Shown in pieces: positions 20,333 through 30,959 of a DNA stretch of 64,000 nt. The DNA is from an uncultured Spirochaetota bacterium (GTDB taxonomy: Bacteria > Spirochaetota > Spirochaetia > SZUA-6 > Fen-1364), in NCBI GenBank assembly GCA_963745235.1, contig CAVUXE010000009.1:96001-160000 (forward strand). Reading direction: 5' to 3'. Within the stretch, counting starts at the first letter, position 1. Each line of letters begins with the position of its first letter. The notes beneath the pieces are model-generated. The model searched no databases and had not been told where the DNA came from. It worked only from the letters and a program-made list of their open reading frames with translations. The position numbers and the translations under genes were made by a program.

Positions 20333-21872
20333 CTAGCGCTCGGGCCGGAAGCTCCTTTCGACAAAAAGTCCAGCAAGGGCAGCGCCGACCCATGCCAGGA
20401 CCGCGCAGACGATCATGACCATCTTGAAGGTGTCCACAAAAGCCATGCGGATTGCGGACCGGACGGCCGCGGCTTCCTGGGGCGCCGCCGCCGCGGGCAC
20501 CGCGGCGGCTCCGAGCCGGCTCGCCTCCTGGGAAAGGGCCAGCCGCACGGGCTCGGAAAAACCTGCTGACGTTGCCCGGGCATCCAGGCCGTGCGAGAAC
20601 ATCACAAGGGAAAACGCACCGACGACCGCGATGGCCAGGACGCCCGCCGTTCGCGACACGGCGTTATTGATGCCCGACGCGGTCCCCGACAGGTGCGTGG
20701 CAACGGAGCCCATGACCGCGGTTGTGAGCGGTGCAACGGTGATCCCCATGCCGACCCCCAGGAGCACGACCCCCGGGAAGAAGCTGACCCAGTAGCGGGA
20801 CGGACCGGGGGTCAGGCCGCTCCACGCCATTGAGAGGAAGGCCAGCCCGGCGATCGCCGGGCCGATGACCAGGGGAAGCCGGGGGCCTGACTTGTCAACC
20901 AGGCCGCCTGCCCACCGGGACAGCGCTGTCAGGATCAACGCGAACGGGGTGAAGGCGAAACCCGCCACGGCCATGCTGTAGCCTTGCGCCTGAACGAGGT
21001 TCAAGGACAGGAAAAACATCCCGACGCTCAGCGCGCCGTAGAGGGCGAGGGTAAGCAGGTTGGTCCCGCTGAAGGTCCGGGAAGCGAACAATCCGAGAGG
21101 GATCATGGGGTGAGCGCTGCGAGTCTCGACGACCAGGAAGCCGGCCAGCGCCGCAACTCCCGCGGCAAGAGCGGCAATGATGCGTGGATCACCAAACCCG
21201 AAGTCCGGGACAGAGATGAAACCGTACGTGAGCCCCGCCAGGGAAATGATGAGGAGCCCGGCCCCGGGGAAGTCGATTCTGCCGCCGGCTTCCTCGTTGC
21301 GGCTCTCCGGCACCTTCAGGAAAAGGGGGATGAGCGCAGCGACGCCGAGAGGGATGTTGATCAGGAAGACGCCGCGCCAGAATCCCGCTCCGGACAGCAC
21401 GCCGCCCAGGATGGGCCCGATCACGGTGACGATTGTCGTAGCGGCCGACCAGGTTCCGATGGCCCGGCCGCGCCGCGTCGGCCCGAAGAAGGAGCTGATG
21501 ATTGCCAGGCTGCCGGGAATCATGAGAGCGCTGCCGATTCCCTGGACGGCGCGCGCCCACAGCAGGAACTCAGCGCTCGGCGCCAGGCCGCACACCAGGG
21601 ACGCCAGCATGAAAAGGCCGATGCCCAGGGCAAAGACCTTCCTGCGGCCGAACAGGTCCCCCAGGGACCCGCCCACCGGGATCAGCGCCGCCAGCATGAG
21701 AAGGTACGCGTTGACGATCCAGAGAAGCTGAACGCCTGTGGCATGCAGGCCGGCCTGGACCGCCGGGCAGCGCCACGTTGAGCGCGGTGCCGTCTATGAA
21801 CGCCATGCTGGAAGCAAAGATTGTCGAGAAAAGGACCCAGGGTCCCGGGTCCCCGCTGGCACGCTCCGCCAT
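20333..21872 (-). CDS. MFS transporter, DHA2 family (frameshift near 21765)
   Basis: MAFIDGTALNVALP, GDLFGRRK; about 14 TM. Confidence 0.9.
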
Positions 21873-21905
21873 GTCCGAAAGGTAACGACCGGAGGGCTCC
21901 GCGGG

Positions 21906-24900
21906 CTACTTTTCGTTCCCCCAGACTACAACAGGCGCCTCACCCTGTGCGGCCGCTCGCTTCGCAGTTGCTCCCGAGCTGACTGTGTCCGCGTATCGGG
22001 CCGCAAGCTCCGGGGCAACGCTCTTGAGCTTTGTCATGTAAGCAGATGCCTCGCCGGAATCCCCCAGGGAGGAATAGATCCGGGCCGCCAGCAGGTTGAG
22101 AAGGGGCGATGACTGGTTTATCGCAAGGCCCTTCTTCACCATGGCCAGCGCTCCCTCGTTGTCCCCCGAAAGCACCCTGATATTGGCCACGTTGACGTAG
22201 GGGGAGACAAGCGACGGGTCAGCGGCAATCACGCCCTGGAACGCGGCCTCCGCCTCTTTCATGTTCCCGAACATGCCGTGGAGGATCCCCATCCGAATGC
22301 GAAGCAGGCTGGCCTGCCTGCCGGACAGCCCCGCAAGCTGGGCTGACAGCTCCGAGAGACGGGAGGTATAGACGACCTCCGTAAAGCCCGAAAGCGATGC
22401 CGAGTAGATCTTCGAAACCGCCGTCGAAGACGGGTCGATGACCGTGAGGGAGCTCGGCGGAAGCGGAAGCGGCGGCCACGTCTCCCGCATCTCGGCCAAC
22501 GGAAGAAACTCGAAGGACCCGGTTTGACGATACTTCCTCACAAGCTCTGAAGCTGCTGTCCACGCCGCCATGAATCCCTGGCGCAGCACCGTGGTTTCCA
22601 CCGGGAGCCACACCGTGCCGTGGACAATGACCTCCTGGGCCTTCGTCGTGAACAGCGCCGCGTTCTCAGCCGGCTCACCCGAGTCGAAAGCCAGGAAGAT
22701 GTGGCCGGGAGTCGTGAGGACCGCCGTCCGTATTCCGACAGATTCCAGGAGCGATGCGAGGAGCGCCGTCGTGTCGCTGCAGTCCCCCCCGCGGTTGGAA
22801 AGGGTCACCCGGGGGAAATGCACGGTGTCTATGACCTGGGCGTTGCCGAGGATCTTGGAGATGGGGGTCTCGGGGTTGGGAACATAGCTCATCCCGTAGG
22901 CCCCGAGTGAGTCGCATAGATGCATGGCATAAAAGATCTTGCGCGATATCTGCAGGCCACGCGCAGAGTCCCCGATGTCCAGCATGCGCCGCGCGAACCC
23001 GGCAACCGTTTCCTCGTTCGGGGTGATGTATGCGGCGATCTTGCGCGTGTCATCCCAGGTCAGGGCGGTGTTGCGGTTCATGGTGGCGCTCACGATCTTG
23101 CTGACCGTCTGCTCCGCGCCGTTCACCGTGCAGGTGACCTTCACCTCCACCTGGACCGCGGCATCCTCCTGCAGCTCCAGGACCGAGGGCTGGAGCTTCA
23201 GGATGAGGTCGAAAGAAGCCTGCTCTCCCGAAGGGAGGATAGGCAGCGTCCTGGCTTCCGACGGGAAATCCATGAACCGGGGAATGAAAACGCTGACGCG
23301 TACGTTCTCGGCTGACGTGGGAAGGGGGTTCGAGACGGTCACGGTCCCGGCAGGATGCGTGAGGTAGAACTGCATGAGCGCAGGGAAAAGGCTGGGGAGC
23401 TTCACGTCCTGGACCACAAGGGGGGCCTGTTGCTGAGGCGCCGGGCCACCTGACTCGAAGAGCTTCTTCAGATCTTCCATTGCCGCCCGGGTCTCCCGGT
23501 CATCCCGGTTTCTGCTCAGCACTTGCTCGTACGTCTGCAGGGCCTGCGTATAGGCGAGCCGGGCGGATTCCGGCCCGAGGTCTCGCAGCGTGTCGCGGGC
23601 CTTCCTGTCCAGCTCCGCGGCCGCGCGCTTCAGATCCACAATCTCCAGGGCCCGCAGCCTGGCCTCCGCCGCCTGGTTGCCCGGGTCTGCATCCAGGACT
23701 TTCTGCCAGGCAGCCCGAGCCAGGAGCGAGGAGCCGGCAGCCTCGTAGAGAGCGGCAGCCTGCGCAAGGGTGGAGGCCTCATCCGCTCCAGCGCCCTGCG
23801 TGAGGGCCATCAGCTTTTCTTCCGTCTGGTTGTGGATGCCCTTCTGCTCGCAATAGGCGGTATCCAGCAGCCGGACGATGCGCCGTGCGTTCATGTCCGA
23901 GAGATAGACCAGCCCGCGGTTCCAGTCCGCTGCCACCGAGCCGATTGCGGGCAGCTTTTCAACATCCAGACCCGCCAGTGTTTCAAGCTTCCAGACCAGG
24001 CTGCCGTCCCGGGAGAACTTCAGGAGCTGCCCGCTGGAAAGCACAATGAAGCTTCCGTCCGGTCCGATGGCCATTGCGACCGGCGCGAGCGGCTTGGCCG
24101 GGTCAACAAGGGGGAGCACATAGTCCACAAGCCGGCCTTCCGTGGTATAGATGCGGAAGGCGCGCAGCACGTAGTCATAGACCCAGACCGTCGAATCCGG
24201 GCTGACGCCGATGAAGCTGATGTATTGAGTGGCGTTTGCGAAAAGCGGGAAATCTTCCCGCTTCTTTCCGGTGATCTTGACTGCCTTGCGCGCGGGAGAA
24301 TCCACCACGAGCACGCCGCCATCCGGAAGCGCGGCGAAAGGTGCGGTAGCAAGCTCGACGCCAGTCTGCATCTTCCGCGCGCCCGGGGAATCCGCGTCAA
24401 CGCGGTACAGGCTGCTTCCCTGGGCCGGTTTCAGGAGCACCGTGCCGCCGGGGGTGACGGAGACTCCGAGTGCGTAGTTGACAACGCCGGTGTCTCCCAG
24501 GCTTTTGCCCGGCTCGGCCACCACGCGCATTGAAGGATCCAGCTCCACGCAGCCGTTGCCAAGCGCGGCAAGAAGGTTCCCGTTCTGCCGTGTTGCCAGG
24601 GACCACGGATACGCATATTGGGAAATCAGCGCGGCCGGCAGCTCATCCACCGCCCGCGGCGCCGGGGCTGATGCCTGCTGCGTCATCCCTGTCATCGAGC
24701 CCCACAGCATGAAGACCGCATGGGCGAAGAGAGACGGGAGCTCGGGGGTGGGCTGGCCGACCCACGGGTAGGCAGCTGATTCCGCACCATCGGAGATGCG
24801 CTTGATGCGCATGACAACGCTCGGGTTGTCGGGTCCGAGGCTTGCAATCAGGGACAGGGAGTAGTCGAAGCTCCCGCCGGCCTCCGCTCTGGCACACTGG

Positions 24901-25088
24901 ATGCGGTCCCCGTACAGCCTGTTCGTGACTCCCGCCATGGTGTCCAGGAGCTCAGCCGCCTGTCCCTGCGCCTCCGTGGTCCGGGGATTCACAAGCGGCG
25001 CATCCAGCCTGATGCGCTGCACGGCGGCGGCGCCCGCGGAGGCGGCGCACCCCGCAAGGACAAGCAGAATGATCATCAGCTTCTGCAT
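21906..25088 (-). CDS. Large exported protein: beta-propeller, TPR, Ig-like, transglutaminase-like and TPR domains
   Basis: Signal peptide; NHL-like repeats; GDCSD..L..LLES.GI..GHI papain-like core; TPR tail. Confidence 0.8.
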   Translation of the reverse strand: MQKLMIILLVLAGCAASAGAAAVQRIRLDAPLVNPRTTEAQGQAAELLDTMAGVTNRLYGDRIQCARAEAGGSFDYSLSLIASLGPDNPSVVMRIKRISDGAESAAYPWVGQPTPELPSLFAHAVFMLWGSMTGMTQQASAPAPRAVDELPAALISQYAYPWSLATRQNGNLLAALGNGCVELDPSMRVVAEPGKSLGDTGVVNYALGVSVTPGGTVLLKPAQGSSLYRVDADSPGARKMQTGVELATAPFAALPDGGVLVVDSPARKAVKITGKKREDFPLFANATQYISFIGVSPDSTVWVYDYVLRAFRIYTTEGRLVDYVLPLVDPAKPLAPVAMAIGPDGSFIVLSSGQLLKFSRDGSLVWKLETLAGLDVEKLPAIGSVAADWNRGLVYLSDMNARRIVRLLDTAYCEQKGIHNQTEEKLMALTQGAGADEASTLAQAAALYEAAGSSLLARAAWQKVLDADPGNQAAEARLRALEIVDLKRAAAELDRKARDTLRDLGPESARLAYTQALQTYEQVLSRNRDDRETRAAMEDLKKLFESGGPAPQQQAPLVVQDVKLPSLFPALMQFYLTHPAGTVTVSNPLPTSAENVRVSVFIPRFMDFPSEARTLPILPSGEQASFDLILKLQPSVLELQEDAAVQVEVKVTCTVNGAEQTVSKIVSATMNRNTALTWDDTRKIAAYITPNEETVAGFARRMLDIGDSARGLQISRKIFYAMHLCDSLGAYGMSYVPNPETPISKILGNAQVIDTVHFPRVTLSNRGGDCSDTTALLASLLESVGIRTAVLTTPGHIFLAFDSGEPAENAALFTTKAQEVIVHGTVWLPVETTVLRQGFMAAWTAASELVRKYRQTGSFEFLPLAEMRETWPPLPLPPSSLTVIDPSSTAVSKIYSASLSGFTEVVYTSRLSELSAQLAGLSGRQASLLRIRMGILHGMFGNMKEAEAAFQGVIAADPSLVSPYVNVANIRVLSGDNEGALAMVKKGLAINQSSPLLNLLAARIYSSLGDSGEASAYMTKLKSVAPELAARYADTVSSGATAKRAAAQGEAPVVVWGNEK

Positions 25089-25834
25089 CGCGGCCTCCAG
25101 CAGGTCTCGGCCCGGGCCGCCTCCACGCCGTCACCGGTGCGCAGGACGGCGTGCGAAAGCCTTCCCGGATCACGAGGGTCGTGCTGCGTGCGCACCACGA
25201 TATTCCCCCCGTAGGTCGTCTCTGAGAGAAAATCGATCCCCAGCTCGGTGACCATGCTGCCGTCCAGGAGGTCGAGCCCAGCGCTTTCGACCACCCATTC
25301 GACGTAGCGGCTGTTGCCCACGTGCCTGTTGGCGTCCAGGTCTCCAAAGCGCACCACGGCCGACCATTCCTTCTCAGCGCGCGCAGGGCCGGGCAGTTTC
25401 TCCATGTCCGCATCCAGAGCGCGGGGAAGAGCATTCATGCCGGGGGGATCGAAGACGGACTGAACGCGCACGGGTCGAAGGGAGTCCAGCTTCAGGGCAA
25501 GCCATGCGCTTGTTGCGCACGCAATCTGCGCACCCCCGGCGTCTCTCACGGAGAAATCCCGGAGAGCAAACAGCCTCTCGATGCCTGCGGGCCACGTGCG
25601 AACCGTTACCTTCTCTCCCAGGGTGGGATACCTCTCCACCCTCATGCGCAGGCGCGAAAGGATCCACGCGAGCCCCCGAGGCCGAAGGTCTTCCGGCGCT
25701 ACGCCGAGCAACTGGGTGTGGTAGCCCGCTGTTTCCTGCAGGAGGTCCCACAGCCCTCGAACACAGAGAAAGCCGTGGGCGTCCGTGTCGAAGAGGTGGA
25801 CCGTGTAGGAAGCTTCGGCAACCAGCTCAGCCAT
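25076..25834 (-). CDS. Acyl-ACP thioesterase
   Basis: Two hotdog folds, LQETA, WILSR, DLDANRHVGNSRY; alternative GTG start at 25843. Confidence 0.9.
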   Translation of the reverse strand: MAELVAEASYTVHLFDTDAHGFLCVRGLWDLLQETAGYHTQLLGVAPEDLRPRGLAWILSRLRMRVERYPTLGEKVTVRTWPAGIERLFALRDFSVRDAGGAQIACATSAWLALKLDSLRPVRVQSVFDPPGMNALPRALDADMEKLPGPARAEKEWSAVVRFGDLDANRHVGNSRYVEWVVESAGLDLLDGSMVTELGIDFLSETTYGGNIVVRTQHDPRDPGRLSHAVLRTGDGVEAARAETCWRPRCRS

Positions 25835-25911
25835 GGCCTTCACGGGGTTGAGGGTATCCGCGCACCATGATAAGGTCAATGCGCGCCCGCGCCGACACTC
25901 TAGGTGCTGTC

Positions 25912-27576
25912 ATGAGCATCCGCTGGAAAATCATCCTGATCGTTCTTCCTCTCATCGTCGCGACCCTGGGGCTCACCGGGGGCTCCTCGTTTTTCTCCAC
26001 GCGCAACGGCATCACGCGGATCGCCAAGGACTTCCTCGGCTTCAAGGCTGACGAGCTTCGCAAGCAGGCGGAAAGCCAGTGGTCCCTGCTCGTGCAGAAC
26101 AACCTCACCGAAGAGCCGGACATGGTATCCGCGACAAAAGCCGCGGTGGAAGCGTACGCGCGCAGCATTGCCGGCAGCCCCGCCGAGCTGATTGTCGCGG
26201 TGGGGGAGGACGGCGGAGTGGCCATGAGCACGGCCGACGTCAGCCTTTCCCCGTCGGAAAAGACCGCCCTTGCCGGCCTTGCGAAGGCGAGGACCGCTGA
26301 CCTGATCCCCGCCATCAGCATCGGGGGCAGGGACAGGGTGGCCAAGGGCTTCTGGTTCGACCCCTTCAAGTGGTACATCCTGACCACCGAGGACCGGGCA
26401 GCGTTTTACAGCCTCGTCAACCAGATCACCGTCCAGACGGGAATCATTCTCCTGGGCGCCATCGGGGTCGGGGTCCTCCTGGTGCTCCTTTTTGCCGGCT
26501 ACCTCACCCGGCCGCTGACCCGCGTGGCTTCCACCATGAAGGCAATCATCTCCACCAATGATCTCTCCAAGCGCGTGGTGGTGGAGTACCACGACGAGAT
26601 CGGGCAGCTCGCGCAGACTTTCAACCTGATGGTGGCAGAGCTGGAGAAGGCGTACCGGCAGGTGAAGGGGTTCGCCTTCAAAGCGGTGCTGGCCCAGAAG
26701 AAAGAGCAGAAGATCAGGAACATCTTCCAGAAATACGTTCCCAAGGACGTCATCGAGGAGTTCTTCAAGAACCCGGAGAGGATGCTCATTGGTGACAACC
26801 GCATCGTCTCAGTGATGTTCTCTGATATCAGGAGCTTCACATCCATCTCAGAGAAGATGACCCCGGATGACCTGGTCAGCGTTCTCAACAGCTACTTCTC
26901 GCTCATGGTGGACATCATCATGGACCGCCACCATGGAGTGGTGGACAAATACATCGGGGACGCGATCATGGCGATCTTCGGCGCCCCGAAACGCCACGAT
27001 GACGACGGCCTGCAGTCTGTGCTCGCAGGCCTGGACATGATCGAGGCGCTGGACGGGTTCAACGCGCGCCAGGAGAAGCAAGGCAAGCCGCCGTTTCACA
27101 TCGGTGTCGGGATCAACTACGGCGTGGTCACCGTCGGCAACATGGGGACCGAAAAGAAGATGGACTACACGGTGATCGGGGATACGGTCAACCTCGCTTC
27201 ACGTCTGGAAGGGCTCACCAAGCAGTATCATCAACCCCTCATCTTTGCTGAAAGCCTGCTCTCCAAAGTGGAGGGCATTCTCCCCTGGCGGCTTCTCGAC
27301 AGGGTCGCGGTGAAGGGCAAGAAACAGGGAGTGAAGATCTACACCGCGAAAAAGGACACTTCCCCCGCGGAAAAAGAGGCCTGGAGCCTGCACAACGCTG
27401 GAATGGACGCATACTACAAGAGGAGCTTCACCCGGGCCCTGTCCTTGTTCAGGGATGTGCGGCGCTTGCTGCCTCATGATGGTCCCGCCGGCATCTTTAT
27501 CCAGAGCTCTCAGCGGTTCATCAAGAGCCCGCCGCCCCCCGCGTGGGACGGTGTCATCGAGATGACGACCAAATGA
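25912..27576 (+). CDS. Membrane adenylate/guanylate cyclase (2 TM, HAMP, class III catalytic domain)
   Basis: FSDIRSFT, VDKYIGD, DYTVIGDTVNLASRLE. Confidence 0.93.
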   Translation: MSIRWKIILIVLPLIVATLGLTGGSSFFSTRNGITRIAKDFLGFKADELRKQAESQWSLLVQNNLTEEPDMVSATKAAVEAYARSIAGSPAELIVAVGEDGGVAMSTADVSLSPSEKTALAGLAKARTADLIPAISIGGRDRVAKGFWFDPFKWYILTTEDRAAFYSLVNQITVQTGIILLGAIGVGVLLVLLFAGYLTRPLTRVASTMKAIISTNDLSKRVVVEYHDEIGQLAQTFNLMVAELEKAYRQVKGFAFKAVLAQKKEQKIRNIFQKYVPKDVIEEFFKNPERMLIGDNRIVSVMFSDIRSFTSISEKMTPDDLVSVLNSYFSLMVDIIMDRHHGVVDKYIGDAIMAIFGAPKRHDDDGLQSVLAGLDMIEALDGFNARQEKQGKPPFHIGVGINYGVVTVGNMGTEKKMDYTVIGDTVNLASRLEGLTKQYHQPLIFAESLLSKVEGILPWRLLDRVAVKGKKQGVKIYTAKKDTSPAEKEAWSLHNAGMDAYYKRSFTRALSLFRDVRRLLPHDGPAGIFIQSSQRFIKSPPPPAWDGVIEMTTK

Positions 27577-29846
27577 GAGGCGCCGTGCTCGGCCTTCTCC
27601 GGAAGGCCCATACGATCAGGACGTCCCTGGGACTGCCTCCCGACGGGCGTGACGAGTTTGCTTTTGATCCGGATTCGGGCATTTCAGAAGAGGATCAGAA
27701 GGACGTCCTCCGGCAGATCGAGCGCGTGGCCACCCAGAACCGGATGGATGTGCGGCCCGAAGAGTTTGCCGTCAAGGCGGCCAAGCGTGGGATCCTTTTC
27801 CCCGTGCTCGTGAACCTCGTGGCCGTCATCGCGCTGGTCGGGGGTCTTGGGGCTCTGTACTTCTTCTTCCAGAAAGGGGAAACACAGCTTTCCCGGAGCG
27901 AGACCGGCACCATCACGGCGGAAGGCAAGCTCATCGAGACTTTCAAGAAGGAGTCGGAGGCCAGGCTCCTGGAGAAGAACCAGCAGATCAACCAGATCCA
28001 GGACCGCTTGCAGCAGATCGACAAGCAGCGCCAGGACCTCCAGGCGAACATGGATTCGAAGATCCAGGAGCGGGAAAGTCAGCTCAAGGCTTCCATGGCG
28101 GCCGAGTTGGAGGCGGAGAAGGCCCGGCTCCAGAAGCAGGGGTTGTCTGAAAAAGACATCAACAGCCGCCTGGCAGCTCTGGAGGCTCAGAGGAACGCGG
28201 AATCCTCCCGGCAGCTTGAAGCGTTTCGCGCCCAGGCGGAGACCGACAGGCAGAAGGCGGATGAAAACCTCAAGGCACTCCAGGCGGAGTTCAACTCGAA
28301 CCTGTCCAAGGCCAACCTGGAGCGCCAGCAGGTCCTGGATGAATCGAAGAAGCGCGAGGCGGACCTCCAGGCCCAGCTGGAGCAGAAGACAAAGGAAGCC
28401 GCCTCAACGCAGGCGAGCTCGCAGCAGGCTCTGGCGGCCTTCCAGTCGCAGAAACAGCAGGAAGACCTCGTGGCGGGCCAGCTCGTGGGCCTGTACACCG
28501 TGGTCAAGGCCGACATCTCCGCCAGGGACTACCCCAAGGCGCTTGCGAGCCTGCAGGCCATTCGCGACTACGTCACCCGCGCGGACGTTGCCGTCCTTCC
28601 AGCAATTCAGCAGAGGCAGGACGTCGACCTCTTTGTCGTGGATTCGCTCTCCAGCTACGTGCAGGGCCAGCTTTCCCCGGCGGCCACGGACACAAGCTCA
28701 TTGGTGGCGGCGGCAGGACAGATATCCGAGGTCAGGACCGCGGTCTCCCAGGCGGACACGCAGGCCCGGGCAGGGAATATCGCTGAGGCGGAAGTGCTCT
28801 ACGACAAGGCGCTTGCCGTGATCCCGGAGATTGCAAGGAGCTACGCTTACTTCACGACAAAAGCGCGTGACGCCCAGTCCGCGCGGGAACAGGTCCTCAA
28901 CGCCGGGCTCACCCGCGCCGAAGCCGCCTTTGACGCCGGGCGCTACCCTGACATGCTGGCTGCTTACAAGGATGCTCTGAGCTATCTGCCGGAGACCTCC
29001 GTGAGGCTGGACACAACGCTGTCGAACATCCTTTCCGCGGGGTCCGAGCAGGGCAGGACGCGAACCCTGGCGGATCAGGGGAGGGCCGCCGCTCCCATTC
29101 TGAGCCAGGCGGAGGCAAGTCTTTCCAAGGGAAAGCCGGCGGATGCGTTGTCCCGCTATCTCACCATCCTGGACCGCTACCCGCAGAGCCCGCAGGCCCC
29201 CGCGGCGGTAAAGGGAATCTCGAAGGCAGCCGCCGCGCTGAGCGACAGCGCGGACGCCCGACTGTCTGCGCAGGAGAAAGAGCTCGGAGCGCAGGTTGCC
29301 GCGCTGCAGGGGTCCAAAGACAACGCAGCCGCTTTCCAGAAAAAGATCGATGCGCTTGCCGCCGAGAACCAGAGACTGAAGACAGCCGCGGACAAGGCAG
29401 CCGCCGACGCGGCGGCACGGCAGGCGACGGCGGTCGGGCAGCAATCCGCCCCGGGGTCGTCGCAGGACCTTGCGTCCCTGCGCGCCAGGCTGGCGGCGTT
29501 GAGCAGCGGGTACTCCGCATACACGTCCCGCGAGGACCCACTCCTCAAGGCGCGCGGAGACATGGGCCTCGTGGACACCAAGGCCTATCTGGACGATTTT
29601 CTCGGATCCAAGCCCATGGAAGAGACGTTCCCGGGCCTCTTCGAACGGATCAAGCGATACGATGAGGGCTTCCTGTCCGCGGGCAGGGCAAACGCCATCC
29701 AGGAGGTCCTGGACGTGGTCATAGAGATGTCCAAGCAGGCGACTCCGGACGCGCGCGCGAAGTTTCTCTCGGATGAGCAGAAGGCCTACAGCAGCGACAA
29801 GGACATGACGGACCTCGTGAAGGGGCTGCGGTCCCTCATGAAGTGA
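27573..29846 (+). CDS. Single-TM coiled-coil/TPR protein
   Basis: ATGA overlap with the cyclase; one TM, long Q/E/K heptads, TPR-like YPQSPQA. Confidence 0.8.
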   Translation: MRGAVLGLLRKAHTIRTSLGLPPDGRDEFAFDPDSGISEEDQKDVLRQIERVATQNRMDVRPEEFAVKAAKRGILFPVLVNLVAVIALVGGLGALYFFFQKGETQLSRSETGTITAEGKLIETFKKESEARLLEKNQQINQIQDRLQQIDKQRQDLQANMDSKIQERESQLKASMAAELEAEKARLQKQGLSEKDINSRLAALEAQRNAESSRQLEAFRAQAETDRQKADENLKALQAEFNSNLSKANLERQQVLDESKKREADLQAQLEQKTKEAASTQASSQQALAAFQSQKQQEDLVAGQLVGLYTVVKADISARDYPKALASLQAIRDYVTRADVAVLPAIQQRQDVDLFVVDSLSSYVQGQLSPAATDTSSLVAAAGQISEVRTAVSQADTQARAGNIAEAEVLYDKALAVIPEIARSYAYFTTKARDAQSAREQVLNAGLTRAEAAFDAGRYPDMLAAYKDALSYLPETSVRLDTTLSNILSAGSEQGRTRTLADQGRAAAPILSQAEASLSKGKPADALSRYLTILDRYPQSPQAPAAVKGISKAAAALSDSADARLSAQEKELGAQVAALQGSKDNAAAFQKKIDALAAENQRLKTAADKAAADAAARQATAVGQQSAPGSSQDLASLRARLAALSSGYSAYTSREDPLLKARGDMGLVDTKAYLDDFLGSKPMEETFPGLFERIKRYDEGFLSAGRANAIQEVLDVVIEMSKQATPDARAKFLSDEQKAYSSDKDMTDLVKGLRSLMK

Positions 29847-29861
29847 GGAGCGCCGGCTCCT

Positions 29862-30959
29862 TCAGTATTTCAGCGAATCGATCTGGCTTGTCGCAATGGA
29901 ATACACGGCGAACGACATGTGGTTGTTGCCGGTCACAATGGGCAGAGAGAAGAAAACGCGCGGGGTGCCGCTGACGTATTCCTCGTAGGCGAGCTGGAGA
30001 TTTCCCATCGGGAAGCTTGCCACCACGTTTCCGTTGGAGTCATAGACCCGCCCGATCCCTCCCTGCGTGGAGAAGAGCTCTCCCGTGGTCAAAAGCGCAT
30101 CTATGCGCGATACAACGCCCGTGAGCTGGGTTTCGTGGAAAACGCCGAGTGCATCCACCCACCATTTCCAGCACTGCCAGGACCCACCCGCGTTGAAGCT
30201 CGCGTAACTGGCCCCGGACGCCGGGTCGTGATAGTACAGCACCCTGACGGCTCCCGCGGCCAGGAAATCCAGGGTTTCCGGCGGCGAGGGGACCACGTAC
30301 GCGAAGCTTGTTGCAATGACACCGGTGGAACTCATGGTCGCCAGGCCCTCCCAGAACTTCCCTCCGGAGTCCCTGATGAGGAAATAGAGCGTGTCTGTGG
30401 CTGCAGCGGACGGAGAGACCGAAACTCCGATGGCGGCGACCGGCGCCGTTCCATAACCCCCGAGCGCGGAGAAGCTGAGCCCGTAGATCAGCGTGTCGCT
30501 CGTTGTTGCAACTTCGGCTTGCACGACCGCGAGTGCAGTGTTCGAAGGATTCGTGGAATCGAACGAAGTGAGCGAGGTAAAGTCTCCCGCTTTCACGGGA
30601 ACAGCGACAGCGGCAGGATAATTGGGGTCCTGGTGATACAGGCTTCCCGGCGCGGAGACAAATGAGGAGTATCCACCGAGGCCGTCAGGCTGCACGAACC
30701 CCAGGAACTCCTGGGAGTTGCCGGGGTCAGTCATGTAGTAGAACCCCCGAGACGCGTCCACGCCGCTCGCGGTCTTCTCGGGGTAGAAGGCCGGCGTGGA
30801 TGAATAAGATCCGGTGGAGTAGTTATTCAGCGGTCCCAGCTGCGATTCCTTTGTCATCTTGCTGAGAATGACCGCCGCGGAGCTGTAGGCCAGGTCGAAC
30901 GGAGGCGCGCACGAAACCAGAAGTGCAATCCCGGCAGCGGCCGCGAAAAGCTTCTTCAT
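29862..30959 (-). CDS. Lipoprotein, beta-rich
   Basis: MKK...LLVSC lipobox; ATGA overlap with the upstream gene. Confidence 0.8.
   Translation of the reverse strand: MKKLFAAAAGIALLVSCAPPFDLAYSSAAVILSKMTKESQLGPLNNYSTGSYSSTPAFYPEKTASGVDASRGFYYMTDPGNSQEFLGFVQPDGLGGYSSFVSAPGSLYHQDPNYPAAVAVPVKAGDFTSLTSFDSTNPSNTALAVVQAEVATTSDTLIYGLSFSALGGYGTAPVAAIGVSVSPSAAATDTLYFLIRDSGGKFWEGLATMSSTGVIATSFAYVVPSPPETLDFLAAGAVRVLYYHDPASGASYASFNAGGSWQCWKWWVDALGVFHETQLTGVVSRIDALLTTGELFSTQGGIGRVYDSNGNVVASFPMGNLQLAYEEYVSGTPRVFFSLPIVTGNNHMSFAVYSIATSQIDSLKY

Noticed and set aside
20177-20336. Tiny ORF MVVYRVKPREMMSVGT between wrbA and the MFS gene
   Set aside because: Too short, with no supporting motif or context.
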